From a virus (lineage: Duplodnaviria; Heunggongvirae; Uroviricota; Caudoviricetes), in IMG/VR virus record IMGVR_UViG_3300014043_000003, positions 69,850-133,849 of that record: a stretch of DNA of 64,000 bases; one strand, 5' to 3'. Positions 30,494 through 39,662 of this stretch are shown here, one piece after another; the stretch's first letter is position 1, and every line of letters begins with the position of its first letter. Made by a program: the position numbers and the translations under genes. Under the pieces are notes generated by a model. The model was not told the origin of the DNA and did no database searches. It worked only from the letters and a program-made list of their open reading frames with translations.

Positions 30494-31534
30494 TTACACG
30501 CCGATAGCGATAAGGGCGGACATCGGGTAAGGCACGATGACGCCGGCAGTGCGTGCCTCGCAGGGCACGATGGTTTCCAGGTTCTTGACCTGGACCGGGT
30601 ACTGCAGGTAGGCCATGGGGTTGTTGATCTCGATCTTGTCGCGGTCGTTGGTGAAGAGGAGAGCAACAGCCTGTCCGTTTGCGGCAACGGCATCGGCGTA
30701 GGGGTTGGTCTCAACGCTGTCGCTGTTCAGCTCAGCGGCGGCCACAACCTTGTCGAGGAACGGGGCGTGCTTCTCGATGTACTCCAGAACGGTGACGCCG
30801 GTATCGCCGACACGCTTCATGCTGAGAGTGGTGTAGATGTCGGTGGGCAGGACCAGAGTGTCAGGACGCTCCACGTTCTTGGTGGTCTTGGAGACCTGGC
30901 TGTACATGGCGGTCACGTCGTTCAGGATCTCGTCGGCGTCCTTTTCGAGCCAGGAGGTCTTGTTGGAGGTAGCGCCGGCGGTGATGGTATAGGTGGGGAT
31001 GTTCTGCTCCACGGAGAGAACGCCAAGCAGCTTGTGCTCGGGATCGCCAGCCCAGGCAATGCGGTTGATGGCCGCGTCGATCTGGTAGTGGGCAGATTCG
31101 GCCTTGCGGCTGTCGAGGTTCTTACCGGCCATACGGGAAGCGCGCATCTCCTGAGCGCTGTAGCCGTAGCTCACGCCGATAGACTTGACGAAAGCCACAG
31201 AGGGCTTGCCATTGACATCAGCACGAGGCAGGTCGGTGCTGTAGTTGTCAATGATCTTGGCGATACCTTCCTGATCGTAGGTGTAGTACGTGATCGTTTC
31301 TGCACCGGGATCAGCCTCGGTATTCTGGGGGAACAGGGACAGGGCGGTGAGCTGGGGGTACTGCTTGTCGTAGGACTTGGCCTTGACAAAGTCCAGCTCG
31401 CGGGCGAAAAAGATAGACGCCGCGTCGGCAGAGTCGAAGCGAGCGCGGCCGCCGATCTGCATAAGGGCTTCAGGGATAGCGGAATTGCGAATAGCATGCG
31501 CATCCGCCTTGACATAGCTGCTGTGCTTTTTCAT
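30494..31534 (-). CDS. Major capsid protein (DUF2184 family)
   Basis: FFARELDFVKAKSYD...YGYS.QEMRA...INRIAWAGD...GVL; GGAGG before MKKHSS. Confidence 0.9.
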   Translation of the reverse strand: MKKHSSYVKADAHAIRNSAIPEALMQIGGRARFDSADAASIFFARELDFVKAKSYDKQYPQLTALSLFPQNTEADPGAETITYYTYDQEGIAKIIDNYSTDLPRADVNGKPSVAFVKSIGVSYGYSAQEMRASRMAGKNLDSRKAESAHYQIDAAINRIAWAGDPEHKLLGVLSVEQNIPTYTITAGATSNKTSWLEKDADEILNDVTAMYSQVSKTTKNVERPDTLVLPTDIYTTLSMKRVGDTGVTVLEYIEKHAPFLDKVVAAAELNSDSVETNPYADAVAANGQAVALLFTNDRDKIEINNPMAYLQYPVQVKNLETIVPCEARTAGVIVPYPMSALIAIGV

Positions 31535-31570
31535 CTTTCGGAATCCTCCTTCGATCAAATCAACTCTTGC

Positions 31571-32086
31571 TTACGCCCGAGCATCGTTGAAGATTTCAAC
31601 GAGCGCGATGCCGTCGGCCGCGGTGCCGCGGAACTCGGCCTTGACATCGAGGTATTCAACCTTGTCGTCTCCGGACAGGCCGTTGTCGGCATCGTTGGTG
31701 AAGCAGCCGGCGTCAGCGCCGGTGGTGACGAGGTAGGCCTTGTCGCCATAGGCGGGCTCCACGTTGGTGGCGAGCTGCGCGTAGATGCGGCCCCAGCGCA
31801 TAACGCCGAGGGTAATGCCCTTGCGGAGCTGAGCGCCGCCGAGGATGGCGTTCTCATTGGTGCGGCGGTTGACGACGATGCCTTCGAACTTGGCCGCCGT
31901 AGCTGCATCGGTGGGCAGATTGATGTTGTTGCCGGGCTTGGTGCCGTGGACAACACCCATTCCGAACTTCATCTTGCCGTCATCAGCTTCGTTGATGAAG
32001 GATTCGACGGCGTAGGGCGCGAGGTCGTAGATACCACCGGGCTGTCCAACCGGGGTGGAAAAGCTGTATACAGTCTGAGCACTCAT
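31571..32086 (-). CDS. Capsid decoration/cement protein
   Basis: Between protease and capsid; FGMGVV.G, GVMRWGRIY. Confidence 0.75.
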   Translation of the reverse strand: MSAQTVYSFSTPVGQPGGIYDLAPYAVESFINEADDGKMKFGMGVVHGTKPGNNINLPTDAATAAKFEGIVVNRRTNENAILGGAQLRKGITLGVMRWGRIYAQLATNVEPAYGDKAYLVTTGADAGCFTNDADNGLSGDDKVEYLDVKAEFRGTAADGIALVEIFNDARA

Positions 32087-32120
32087 CTGTTTTTATCCTC
32101 CTATATGAATGGATTTGTTA

Positions 32121-33728
32121 TTACTTGCGGCCTTCGTTGCGCGCGATCATGCGCTTGCGGGCGGCAACGGAAGAATCGGTCTCAGCAGAGTCCATGTTCG
32201 TAACCTTGCGGTTGTACATCTGACGCTTCTGATATCCGGTATCCTTGCGGCTGCGGTTCTTGATCTCAGCGCGGGCCATCTGGAAGGCGACATTGATGTA
32301 GGTGTCGCTCTTGCCGTCCATGCGGAGGCCGGGGTTCACCTTCTTGATGATCGCCAGCTTCGCTTCCTTGACGGGCTTGCGGGCCAGACCCTTGAGGCCG
32401 ATAGCATCGCCGATCTCACCGAGGGCGATCTTCATGTTGACCAGACGATCAACGGAGTCCTCGTTGAGACGCTTGCCCTTCAGATCATCTTCGGGAGCCA
32501 TTTCGAGGTCGTCGGCTTCGGGGGCGTCCTCGCCCTCCTCCTCGTCCGTGGGATCGTCAGCTTCGTCGAGGTTCTCTTCCTCGTCGTCGATGGGGCCGAG
32601 ATCTTCTCCCTCATCGGCGGGGGCTTCTTCCTCATCGTCGGCGGCGTCAAGGGCTTCTTCCTCGTCGGCAGGAGCAGCTTCGTCAGCAGGGACCGCCGCT
32701 TCACCCTCGGGGTCTTCGGCGTCGGCCTTGGGCTCCTCGCCTTTCAGCTCCTCCAGCTCATCGACGCTGTCCTCTTCCTCGTCGGCGGGAGGGATCTCCG
32801 CGGCGGGAGCCTCAGTGCTGGCAGACTTGGCAAAGTCGAGCTTCGCCCTCAAGGTGTCGATGATGTCGAACAGAGTGTCGATGTCCTCGTCCTGATGCGC
32901 GATAATGCCCATAGCAGCATCAGTGTCCTCGGGATCGCCTTCCTCGTCGCGCTTGTCTCTGCGGGCCTTCACGGCTTCCACGCGGTCTTCAACCTCATCA
33001 GAAGGGGCAGGAGCAGCCTCTTCTTCGGGGGCTTCGACGACTTCGTCCTCGTCGGCGTCCGTCTGGGCTTCTTCGGCTTTGTGCCGCTTGTCATATTCCT
33101 CAAGCGCCTTTTCCAGCTCTTCGTCAGAGAGCACGGCATCGGCGTGAGGAACGCGCTTGATTTTCTTGCTCATCTTTTTTCCTCCTTTGAGCAAATTTAC
33201 TTGGTCACGGCTATCCAAATTTAACCGTGCCTGTTCTCCTGCTCGCGCCTCTCGAACAAGAGCTAAGTGGTTTATGGTTATGTGTCGCTGCACGGCGTCG
33301 TAGCGTTGGCCGTTCCAGATACCAGGCGTTTCATCCAGATCAAGGTTGTATCCAAGGCTCAGTTCCTTCAGTCCGGCGGACCTCATCGCGTCTGTGTCGT
33401 GGATTATGATCGGAGCCTTAACATCCTCGCCACTTGGCTCTCCTTCGCCGAGAATCGTTCCGATCTGGTTTTCTGCCACATTGCTCTTGTCAATCAGGCC
33501 CGCTTCATGAGTCAGAACAATAGGCTTGCCGACGTAACTTCTCAGGCTCTCAGGAGAAAAAACTTCTTCCGGAAGCCGGAGCTCCCGCCTGACGGTTCCG
33601 TCAGGATTTGTATACTCGAAGATTCCACATGAAGTCAGGATTGGCTTGTCCTTCAAGTAACCTTCGGGGGTGAAATACGCCCGCGGCAGCGGAAGGCTGT
33701 CGTAGCGCACTGCACTTTCGTAATTCAT
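32121..33728 (-). CDS. Prohead protease/scaffold (DUF2213 family) with acidic C-terminal scaffold
   Basis: TPEGYL...GIFEY...PEEVF..SL.S..GKP....H, ELSLGY..D...Q..I.INHLALV..AR.G. Confidence 0.9.
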   Translation of the reverse strand: MNYESAVRYDSLPLPRAYFTPEGYLKDKPILTSCGIFEYTNPDGTVRRELRLPEEVFSPESLRSYVGKPIVLTHEAGLIDKSNVAENQIGTILGEGEPSGEDVKAPIIIHDTDAMRSAGLKELSLGYNLDLDETPGIWNGQRYDAVQRHITINHLALVREARAGEQARLNLDSRDQVNLLKGGKKMSKKIKRVPHADAVLSDEELEKALEEYDKRHKAEEAQTDADEDEVVEAPEEEAAPAPSDEVEDRVEAVKARRDKRDEEGDPEDTDAAMGIIAHQDEDIDTLFDIIDTLRAKLDFAKSASTEAPAAEIPPADEEEDSVDELEELKGEEPKADAEDPEGEAAVPADEAAPADEEEALDAADDEEEAPADEGEDLGPIDDEEENLDEADDPTDEEEGEDAPEADDLEMAPEDDLKGKRLNEDSVDRLVNMKIALGEIGDAIGLKGLARKPVKEAKLAIIKKVNPGLRMDGKSDTYINVAFQMARAEIKNRSRKDTGYQKRQMYNRKVTNMDSAETDSSVAARKRMIARNEGRK

Positions 33729-33814
33729 AGGTCTGTTCTCCTCCTCTCCGCTAACGAAGCGAATAACCGGGGGCGTCTCTAATACCTCTCATCTGCTTCC
33801 CCTCCTTCGGGAAT

Positions 33815-33840
33815 AAAAAAAGGACACTTACGTGTCCTTT
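33815..33840 (-). terminator. Rho-independent terminator after the HNH gene
   Basis: AAAGGACAC-gtaa-GTGTCCTTT followed by a T-run on the minus strand. Confidence 0.7.
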
Positions 33841-33859
33841 ATCCATGGTATTTGATTTG

Positions 33860-34495
33860 TCAGTGAAGTCTCTCACGAATGAAATCAATTTTCTTTTGCT
33901 CGTCGTAGTAGTACAAGCGGGTTGAGGTAAGCCCCAAGAACTCTATCCACTGTGCAACTGTTTTGGTGACTCCATCCACTGTTACCAGTGTGTTCGTTGA
34001 TCTGTTGTTGCTTTGTTCTTTTGCCGTTGCCCATCGGCAGTTTTCCGGGCAATAGTTTCCGTCATTGTCTATACGGTCGATGGTCAGGCCTTTTGCGTAC
34101 CCGCTATCCTTTGCCCATGCAATAAAGTTTTCGAGTCCCGAATCACCTTTCCACTCGTCACAGATCTTGATTCCTCTTCCGCCGTACCGGTCATACCTTT
34201 TATCGCCGGTATTGTAGCATCTGTGTACCATGTCAATATAAACGATTCGGAGTCTTCTCGAAACATCGTCCCACTTTGTCATCTGGGCGCGCGCTACTTC
34301 TTTTCTAAGGCAGCCGCATGACTTCGCATATTCTCGGGTAAGCGCGGACTTCTGCACATCGCATTCGTTTCCGCACGAGCACTGACAATGATAAACAATT
34401 TCGTGCTTTCCCGATCTGGATACATGGTCTTCTGTACGGTATAAAACTTTCAGTCTGCCAAAGGTCTTCCCTGTAATATTTTGATAACTTCCCAT
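33860..34495 (-). CDS. Free-standing HNH-type homing endonuclease
   Basis: GKTFGRL...CQCSCG...SCGC; YGGRGI.IC.EW; TIDRIDNDGNY.PENCRWAT; AT-rich. Confidence 0.85.
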   Translation of the reverse strand: MGSYQNITGKTFGRLKVLYRTEDHVSRSGKHEIVYHCQCSCGNECDVQKSALTREYAKSCGCLRKEVARAQMTKWDDVSRRLRIVYIDMVHRCYNTGDKRYDRYGGRGIKICDEWKGDSGLENFIAWAKDSGYAKGLTIDRIDNDGNYCPENCRWATAKEQSNNRSTNTLVTVDGVTKTVAQWIEFLGLTSTRLYYYDEQKKIDFIRERLH

Positions 34496-34648
34496 TACAC
34501 CACCAGCCTTTCAAATGCCTATACTGTATTGTAACATACTTTATGGCACTTTTAAATGGCTTGTGGTCACATCTTGGGTAAATAAAAAACACCTGGCAGA
34601 AGCCAAGTGCTTTTATACATGTGATATTCTTCTTTTTGCTTGGGGGAA

Positions 34649-34996
34649 TCAGTAGAGGACCTTGCCGTCGTATTTGTACCCCGTAAGCGTTTCCCAGGTG
34701 ACGCCCTTCTCCAGGCAGTCTTTATATACTGTCTCGGCTTTGTCAGGGTCCCGGTACTCCGAAGGGGCTTCCCACTCCGACATGAGGTTATGGTGTACAA
34801 GGAAGTATTTCAGCGCATACTTGCGGCATTTGCAGGAGATGAACAAATCTCGGATTTCTCCGAACTTGATTCGTCCGTTTTCTTCTGCGTATGGGCCAAA
34901 GTCAACGCCATTCAGAAAGCCGCTCTGCAGGAGATCAGCAACAGCCTTGTCTACCTGCGGGCCATCCATTCCGTGATATAAGCCTTTATTATTCAT
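34649..34996 (-). CDS. Small partner (putative immunity) of 34993-38058
   Basis: Start MNNKG overlaps the stop of the upstream gene (ATGAATAA). Confidence 0.55.
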   Translation of the reverse strand: MNNKGLYHGMDGPQVDKAVADLLQSGFLNGVDFGPYAEENGRIKFGEIRDLFISCKCRKYALKYFLVHHNLMSEWEAPSEYRDPDKAETVYKDCLEKGVTWETLTGYKYDGKVLY

Positions 34997-37900
34997 ACTT
35001 CCACGTTCCTCCACAGCCATTCGTTGTAGGCCTCTTCGAGTCCTTTTGCAACGCTCGGGACCATGCTCTTCAACAGCTCCAGGCCATACGTGCTGCGCAT
35101 GACGCGCAACTGGTGATAATGCGCAACGGCTTCTTTCGCCGGGGCATCCATCGCCGCATAATAGTCTCGCGTGTGAAAGCCTTCTATCCAGGCGCCTTCA
35201 CCACGCATCATGCCGCAGAGTATATCAGAGACCGTGCCCACAACAGAGTCACGTTCTGCAACTCTCTTGTAGTAGGCTTCCGTCTCCCTCTCATACTCTT
35301 CTCTATGCGTTTCCATGGCCTTATCTCTTCGGTCAAAGAACTCCTGATTCTTTCTGTGGTACTCTTCTTCGGCGCCCTTAAACTTTTCCCTTGTGCGCTC
35401 CAGCTTACGCTTGGGCGTGATATAGTACTCGAAGTAGTCATCCCACTTCGGGCGCTCAGATTCCAGAGGACAGTCGATGGACTTCATAAAGTCCTCGTAC
35501 TCTTTATCTCTGTATCTGAATTCGAAGAATCGCTTGCTGACAGCTTTCCCCATGTAGTAGGAGATAGACATGTCTGTAGATCCATCGACATACTCGCCGC
35601 GGGATTCGTCCCACACACGGATCATAGATCCATCGACAGACTCAAGGCGGAATTTGCCGGGATACTCGGCGTCTATCAGGTTTTGGAGATCAGCGGCAGC
35701 GGACTCACTGTGCATCGTCTTATCTGAGACTATGGCGTGTGAAAGGGAATCCTTATACACGTTCCCCAAAATTCTGGTATTACCAGATGAGCAGCCGCTT
35801 TTCTCTGCATCATCAAGGTAATGACCATATTCGTGCCAGAGTACCCTTGGATCGTCCATATCCTCGCTGTGGAGAGTCATACAGCCAGTGCCAGGAGTGT
35901 ACCAGGATCTTGACCCGTTCGGTGTCAATTGGCCGTGGCTGTCTACTATATTAGCGCCTCCGAAGGTTTTTCGCAACAGTGAAATCTCGGCATCCGAGGC
36001 ATTGCGAATGACATCCATCGCTTTCTGGCGCTGCTCCTCATTCATGTCGCCCCATCCGGAGCGCGAGAGGACTTCCTTTTCGATATTGGATCGCTCTTCC
36101 TGAGAGAAGATCTTTACCTTGTCGATATCGCCATTGCTCGCCATCTTGCGGAGGTCCTTCTTGGATCTCTGGTAATCCTGTTCGGCCTTGCGCATGGCCT
36201 TATCCGCATCATCAACTCTCTTCTGAGCCGCTTTTACCTTTTCCTCGGTAAAGGCATTGGGGCCGTAGCAATCGTCATGTACGGCAGCAGCGTAATCGAC
36301 CTGATTCTTCCGGGCTTCCAGCTCGGTAAACTTGGCCTTCTCTTCTTCGCTCAGAGCTGTGATTGGGCGATTGTTTTTGAGCTTGTCCATCTTGATCTGA
36401 AGATCATCGGACTCTCTCAGCATTTTATCTTTGTCGCCTTCACCATAACCAAGGTTTTCAATGAAACGCTTTGAGCTTTCTGATCTGCGGAAACCGCGCC
36501 GCTGTTTTGATAGGGCCTTATCGGCCTCCATCTTCTCATCGACCGCTTTCTCGTGAGCTTCGCCCAAATCATCACAACGCTTTGCTGCATCCCGGATTTC
36601 CTTGGATTTACGGGAGACGCGGGAATGCAAAACCTCTTCCGGCGTTTTTGGGTTTTTCCCTTCGCCACGCATTGTAGCAAGAACGTGGGGATTTCCCTTA
36701 TCCGGGACGCCCTCTTCGTTGAGATGGACCTTATGGTCATTCTCCGTCGTTACCCAGCGGCCCTCTTCCTGCTGTGCTTTTGCATCCAGTCTACTTTGAC
36801 GGCGTCGTCTGTAGGCTTCGATTGCAGCCGCTTGATCTTCTGCCGCGCTATCTGCCGAATCGGATCTTCCCTTACTTTGGCGGCGGCGTGCCGGAGTGAA
36901 TGTATAGGTAAAGCCATACTTCTCGGCGTTCTCCTTCATGAACCTGTCATGAGGTTCAACCTCAATGCGGCGCTGCTCCTTCTTGAGCTTTTCCTTGTAT
37001 AAGGCTTCCAGCGCGTCATAATCCGTGGTGGCAAGCCAATCCCGGAGAGAATCAAGGGACTCGCCCCGGTCCTTCCGCTGTACGAACTCATGAGATATGG
37101 CATTCATGCGCTGGCGCTCTTCGCAGTTTTCGAGGTTCTTCCTCGCCTTCTGCAAGATCTCGAAGCCGCTGACGTCATTGGGGCAGGCTTTCTCATACGC
37201 TTCGCGCATGGCGTACCAGCCCTCATACTGCTCCTTCGTACCATATTTGGCATTCACAAGGGAATATTCGCCCTCTGGGCTCGCAACAACGATCTCCCTT
37301 GCTCCATATCCAAAATCGGAGAGATCATCGGCGGAGAAGGTGCCACCGTCCGGGTGATTGTGTATGGACACATTGCCGGGCAAGTGTTCGCGCTTCTGGC
37401 CTACGGTGGACTTGACCTCGTGCCTGTCCCCTTTTTCTTCCACCACGACATTTCCGTCTCCATCGACGATCCTGTACTGCTCTTTCTTCAGGTTTGCCGT
37501 TTTGCGGATAATGCCACTCAGGGTTTTGGCCTGGGCCTCGGTCCTCTTATACGGTGATGGTGTAGATGCAGCCGGCTTTTTGGAGGAGACTTTGCCCGTC
37601 TCTTTGAGTTCCCTGTATACGGAGCCCACATCATAGCCCTTCTTGGCAAGTGCATCCCACGCATCCCTTGGACTCCACTTCGGATTGACCTTGATTCCCT
37701 CTCTTTGACAAAGACCAAAGGGGATCTTGGTGTTGCCGTGGCGTCCGCCGGAAGGCCTCTGTTCAGCTTCCTCCTCGGCATCGGCCCTGCGTTTCTTGCG
37801 GCGCTCCATATACCGGATCACATCATCGGTGGGGTACTGGACCTGCTTCTCTCCCATGTTGGAGTCAAGCTCCCCGGCAAAGAAGGCGCTGTCCGCATTC

Positions 37901-38058
37901 ACTGCCGACGTATATCCAGGCTGGAGCTTCTCAATAATACTCAAGATCGCATCGCGCAGACCATCGAGCCTTTCGACCGCGGCGTTCTTCCGGGCAACCG
38001 CCTTATATTCTTCGCAGAGCATAACCAGCTCATCAACGTAGTACGCGATTTCCCGCAA
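34993..38058 (-). CDS. Leader-bearing polyvalent protein: leader + JAB/MPN domain + second leader + zincin metallopeptidase, 1021 aa
   Basis: GRHGNTKIPFGLC...PRDAWDAL; HNHPDGGTFSADD; YRRRRQSRLD...WVTTENDHKVH; WHEYGH plus distal KEAVA. Confidence 0.75.
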   Translation of the reverse strand: MREIAYYVDELVMLCEEYKAVARKNAAVERLDGLRDAILSIIEKLQPGYTSAVNADSAFFAGELDSNMGEKQVQYPTDDVIRYMERRKKRRADAEEEAEQRPSGGRHGNTKIPFGLCQREGIKVNPKWSPRDAWDALAKKGYDVGSVYRELKETGKVSSKKPAASTPSPYKRTEAQAKTLSGIIRKTANLKKEQYRIVDGDGNVVVEEKGDRHEVKSTVGQKREHLPGNVSIHNHPDGGTFSADDLSDFGYGAREIVVASPEGEYSLVNAKYGTKEQYEGWYAMREAYEKACPNDVSGFEILQKARKNLENCEERQRMNAISHEFVQRKDRGESLDSLRDWLATTDYDALEALYKEKLKKEQRRIEVEPHDRFMKENAEKYGFTYTFTPARRRQSKGRSDSADSAAEDQAAAIEAYRRRRQSRLDAKAQQEEGRWVTTENDHKVHLNEEGVPDKGNPHVLATMRGEGKNPKTPEEVLHSRVSRKSKEIRDAAKRCDDLGEAHEKAVDEKMEADKALSKQRRGFRRSESSKRFIENLGYGEGDKDKMLRESDDLQIKMDKLKNNRPITALSEEEKAKFTELEARKNQVDYAAAVHDDCYGPNAFTEEKVKAAQKRVDDADKAMRKAEQDYQRSKKDLRKMASNGDIDKVKIFSQEERSNIEKEVLSRSGWGDMNEEQRQKAMDVIRNASDAEISLLRKTFGGANIVDSHGQLTPNGSRSWYTPGTGCMTLHSEDMDDPRVLWHEYGHYLDDAEKSGCSSGNTRILGNVYKDSLSHAIVSDKTMHSESAAADLQNLIDAEYPGKFRLESVDGSMIRVWDESRGEYVDGSTDMSISYYMGKAVSKRFFEFRYRDKEYEDFMKSIDCPLESERPKWDDYFEYYITPKRKLERTREKFKGAEEEYHRKNQEFFDRRDKAMETHREEYERETEAYYKRVAERDSVVGTVSDILCGMMRGEGAWIEGFHTRDYYAAMDAPAKEAVAHYHQLRVMRSTYGLELLKSMVPSVAKGLEEAYNEWLWRNVEV

Positions 38059-38144
38059 CTCTTACATCACCGCCGTTTCGGGCATGAAAAAGGCGCTGCC
38101 CCAACAAAAAGTATGGGACAACGCCAAATCCTATTTATTATGTC

Positions 38145-38381
38145 TTACTCAAACCAAGAGTACTTGATCTCGTAACTGACCGCCGGGCAACTCTCGCGTT
38201 CTTTCTTGAGCTTTGCCAGCGCCTCGTTGTAGCAGATCTTCTCATCTGCGCTGAGTTTCAGACCGCACTCTTCCGCGCTCTTTTCCTCATTGAGTGCAGT
38301 GTAATAGCTGATCCAATCCTTTCCAGTGAACGTGTCAAACGCGGACCCGTTCTTCTCAAAGACCTCTTTGATCTTACTCAT
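38145..38381 (-). CDS. Putative antitoxin/immunity protein for the zeta-like toxin
   Basis: 78 aa, directly downstream of the zeta-like gene, own promoter, GGAGG before MSKIKE. Confidence 0.55.
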   Translation of the reverse strand: MSKIKEVFEKNGSAFDTFTGKDWISYYTALNEEKSAEECGLKLSADEKICYNEALAKLKKERESCPAVSYEIKYSWFE

Positions 38382-38400
38382 TCCACTCACCTCCATGATT

Positions 38401-38429
38401 ATTATAGCGCATTTATGCTATTTTGTCAA
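38401..38429 (-). promoter_or_regulatory. Consensus sigma70/sigmaA promoter
   Basis: TTGACA-17 nt-TATAAT. Confidence 0.85.
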
Positions 38430-38446
38430 CTGTTTTGGCAACAAAG

Positions 38447-39646
38447 CTAATTGAAAACAACAACGCCGTTGACGACCTTTGCTCCGGAATGTCCCTTGTT
38501 GAGATAACGCTGGAGCTGGTCTTCGTGTCCCTTAACAGCGGTAAGCTTGCCGCCCTTTGATGTCTTGGCGATCAGGATCGGCTTTTCACCTTGGGGGACG
38601 TTGTTGTCCCAAAGCTCGAAATCGTCGAACTTGGAGGCCACCTGGAGGGAGATATCTGAAACGGCAGCATGGATCTTGCGGACGTCTTCTTCCGGCGGGA
38701 GTCTGGGAGGGACCTTGCTCTCTCCGGACTCGTATTTCTGCTTCATGTGCTCGTATCTCGCCTGATTCCTGCGGAGGGCTTCTTCAGTATCAACGGTGAC
38801 ATAGGAGCCCTTAACCTTGTATCCGGCTTCCTGCGCTGTTTTCAGCTTCTTGAGAACGGAGTTGACAGATCCGTCACCCGTCCCATCATAGACGACATTG
38901 CAGCCGTTGTCCGCCGCATACTGATAGGCTCTCTTTGCAAGTGCCGAGGATTCCTCGTGATAGAACGCCGCGGCCCCTTTGTCCTTCTTCGCCATCTCCT
39001 CATAGCCGGGGAGCATGGCCTTGAAGGCGTCCGGGTCGATCGTCACGGTAGTATCAGCACCGAACTGGCTTTCTGCATTCTTCTTCACAAAGCTCTTTCC
39101 GGAGGCCGGACCGCCGCCGCTCATGATCAAGGTCCCCTGTCCATCGTATGGGACCTTCTTTGCGAAGAAATTCTGGATGATCTGATCGTGGACAGCCTGA
39201 CGTTCAGGGCTGAGATTGCCGTTTTCATCCATGTGATCAGAGAGGGAGTTTTTACGGCCGGCCGCTGCAAGACGCTTTGACTCTTCGAAGGCATCCTTGG
39301 TGTCGATCCGTTTTGCCGCATCATGCTTCGGGCGCATCTTCCCGGTTTTGCCGCTTCTGACTTCTCCCGGCTGACTCGCGGCCTTCTTGGTGAGCTTACC
39401 TTCGGACGCCTCGCTGGGCTTGCCGCGCTTCTCCATCTTGGACGCGGACGTGGGTCCGCCTTCCTTGCGGATGGCCTCCCAGACCTCTTTCGGACTCATG
39501 CCCTCGGTCTTGATCCCCATGCTCTTCGCAATGCCGTAGGCCAGCCGGGGATTTGCGTCAAACCTCGCCTGCAGCCGACTCTCGCGGCGCTGTCTATACT
39601 TGAGTATAGCCTTCTGCTGTGCAGTCAGCTTCTTTTCCACGCCCAT
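38447..39646 (-). CDS. Leader-bearing zeta-toxin-family P-loop kinase
   Basis: YRQRRESRLQARFD leader; GGGPASGKS Walker A, IDPDAFK, YHEESS, VVYDGT, EALRRN.AR. Confidence 0.8.
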   Translation of the reverse strand: MGVEKKLTAQQKAILKYRQRRESRLQARFDANPRLAYGIAKSMGIKTEGMSPKEVWEAIRKEGGPTSASKMEKRGKPSEASEGKLTKKAASQPGEVRSGKTGKMRPKHDAAKRIDTKDAFEESKRLAAAGRKNSLSDHMDENGNLSPERQAVHDQIIQNFFAKKVPYDGQGTLIMSGGGPASGKSFVKKNAESQFGADTTVTIDPDAFKAMLPGYEEMAKKDKGAAAFYHEESSALAKRAYQYAADNGCNVVYDGTGDGSVNSVLKKLKTAQEAGYKVKGSYVTVDTEEALRRNQARYEHMKQKYESGESKVPPRLPPEEDVRKIHAAVSDISLQVASKFDDFELWDNNVPQGEKPILIAKTSKGGKLTAVKGHEDQLQRYLNKGHSGAKVVNGVVVFN

Positions 39647-39662
39647 TTACAGTTCCTTTCTG

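Noticed and set aside
29995-30714. 239-aa ORF as given in the track
   Set aside because: The N-terminal half overlaps the capsid gene in another frame; the real start is 30363
34567-34800. 77-aa minus-strand ORF
   Set aside because: Overlaps 34649-34996 in another frame and has no motif
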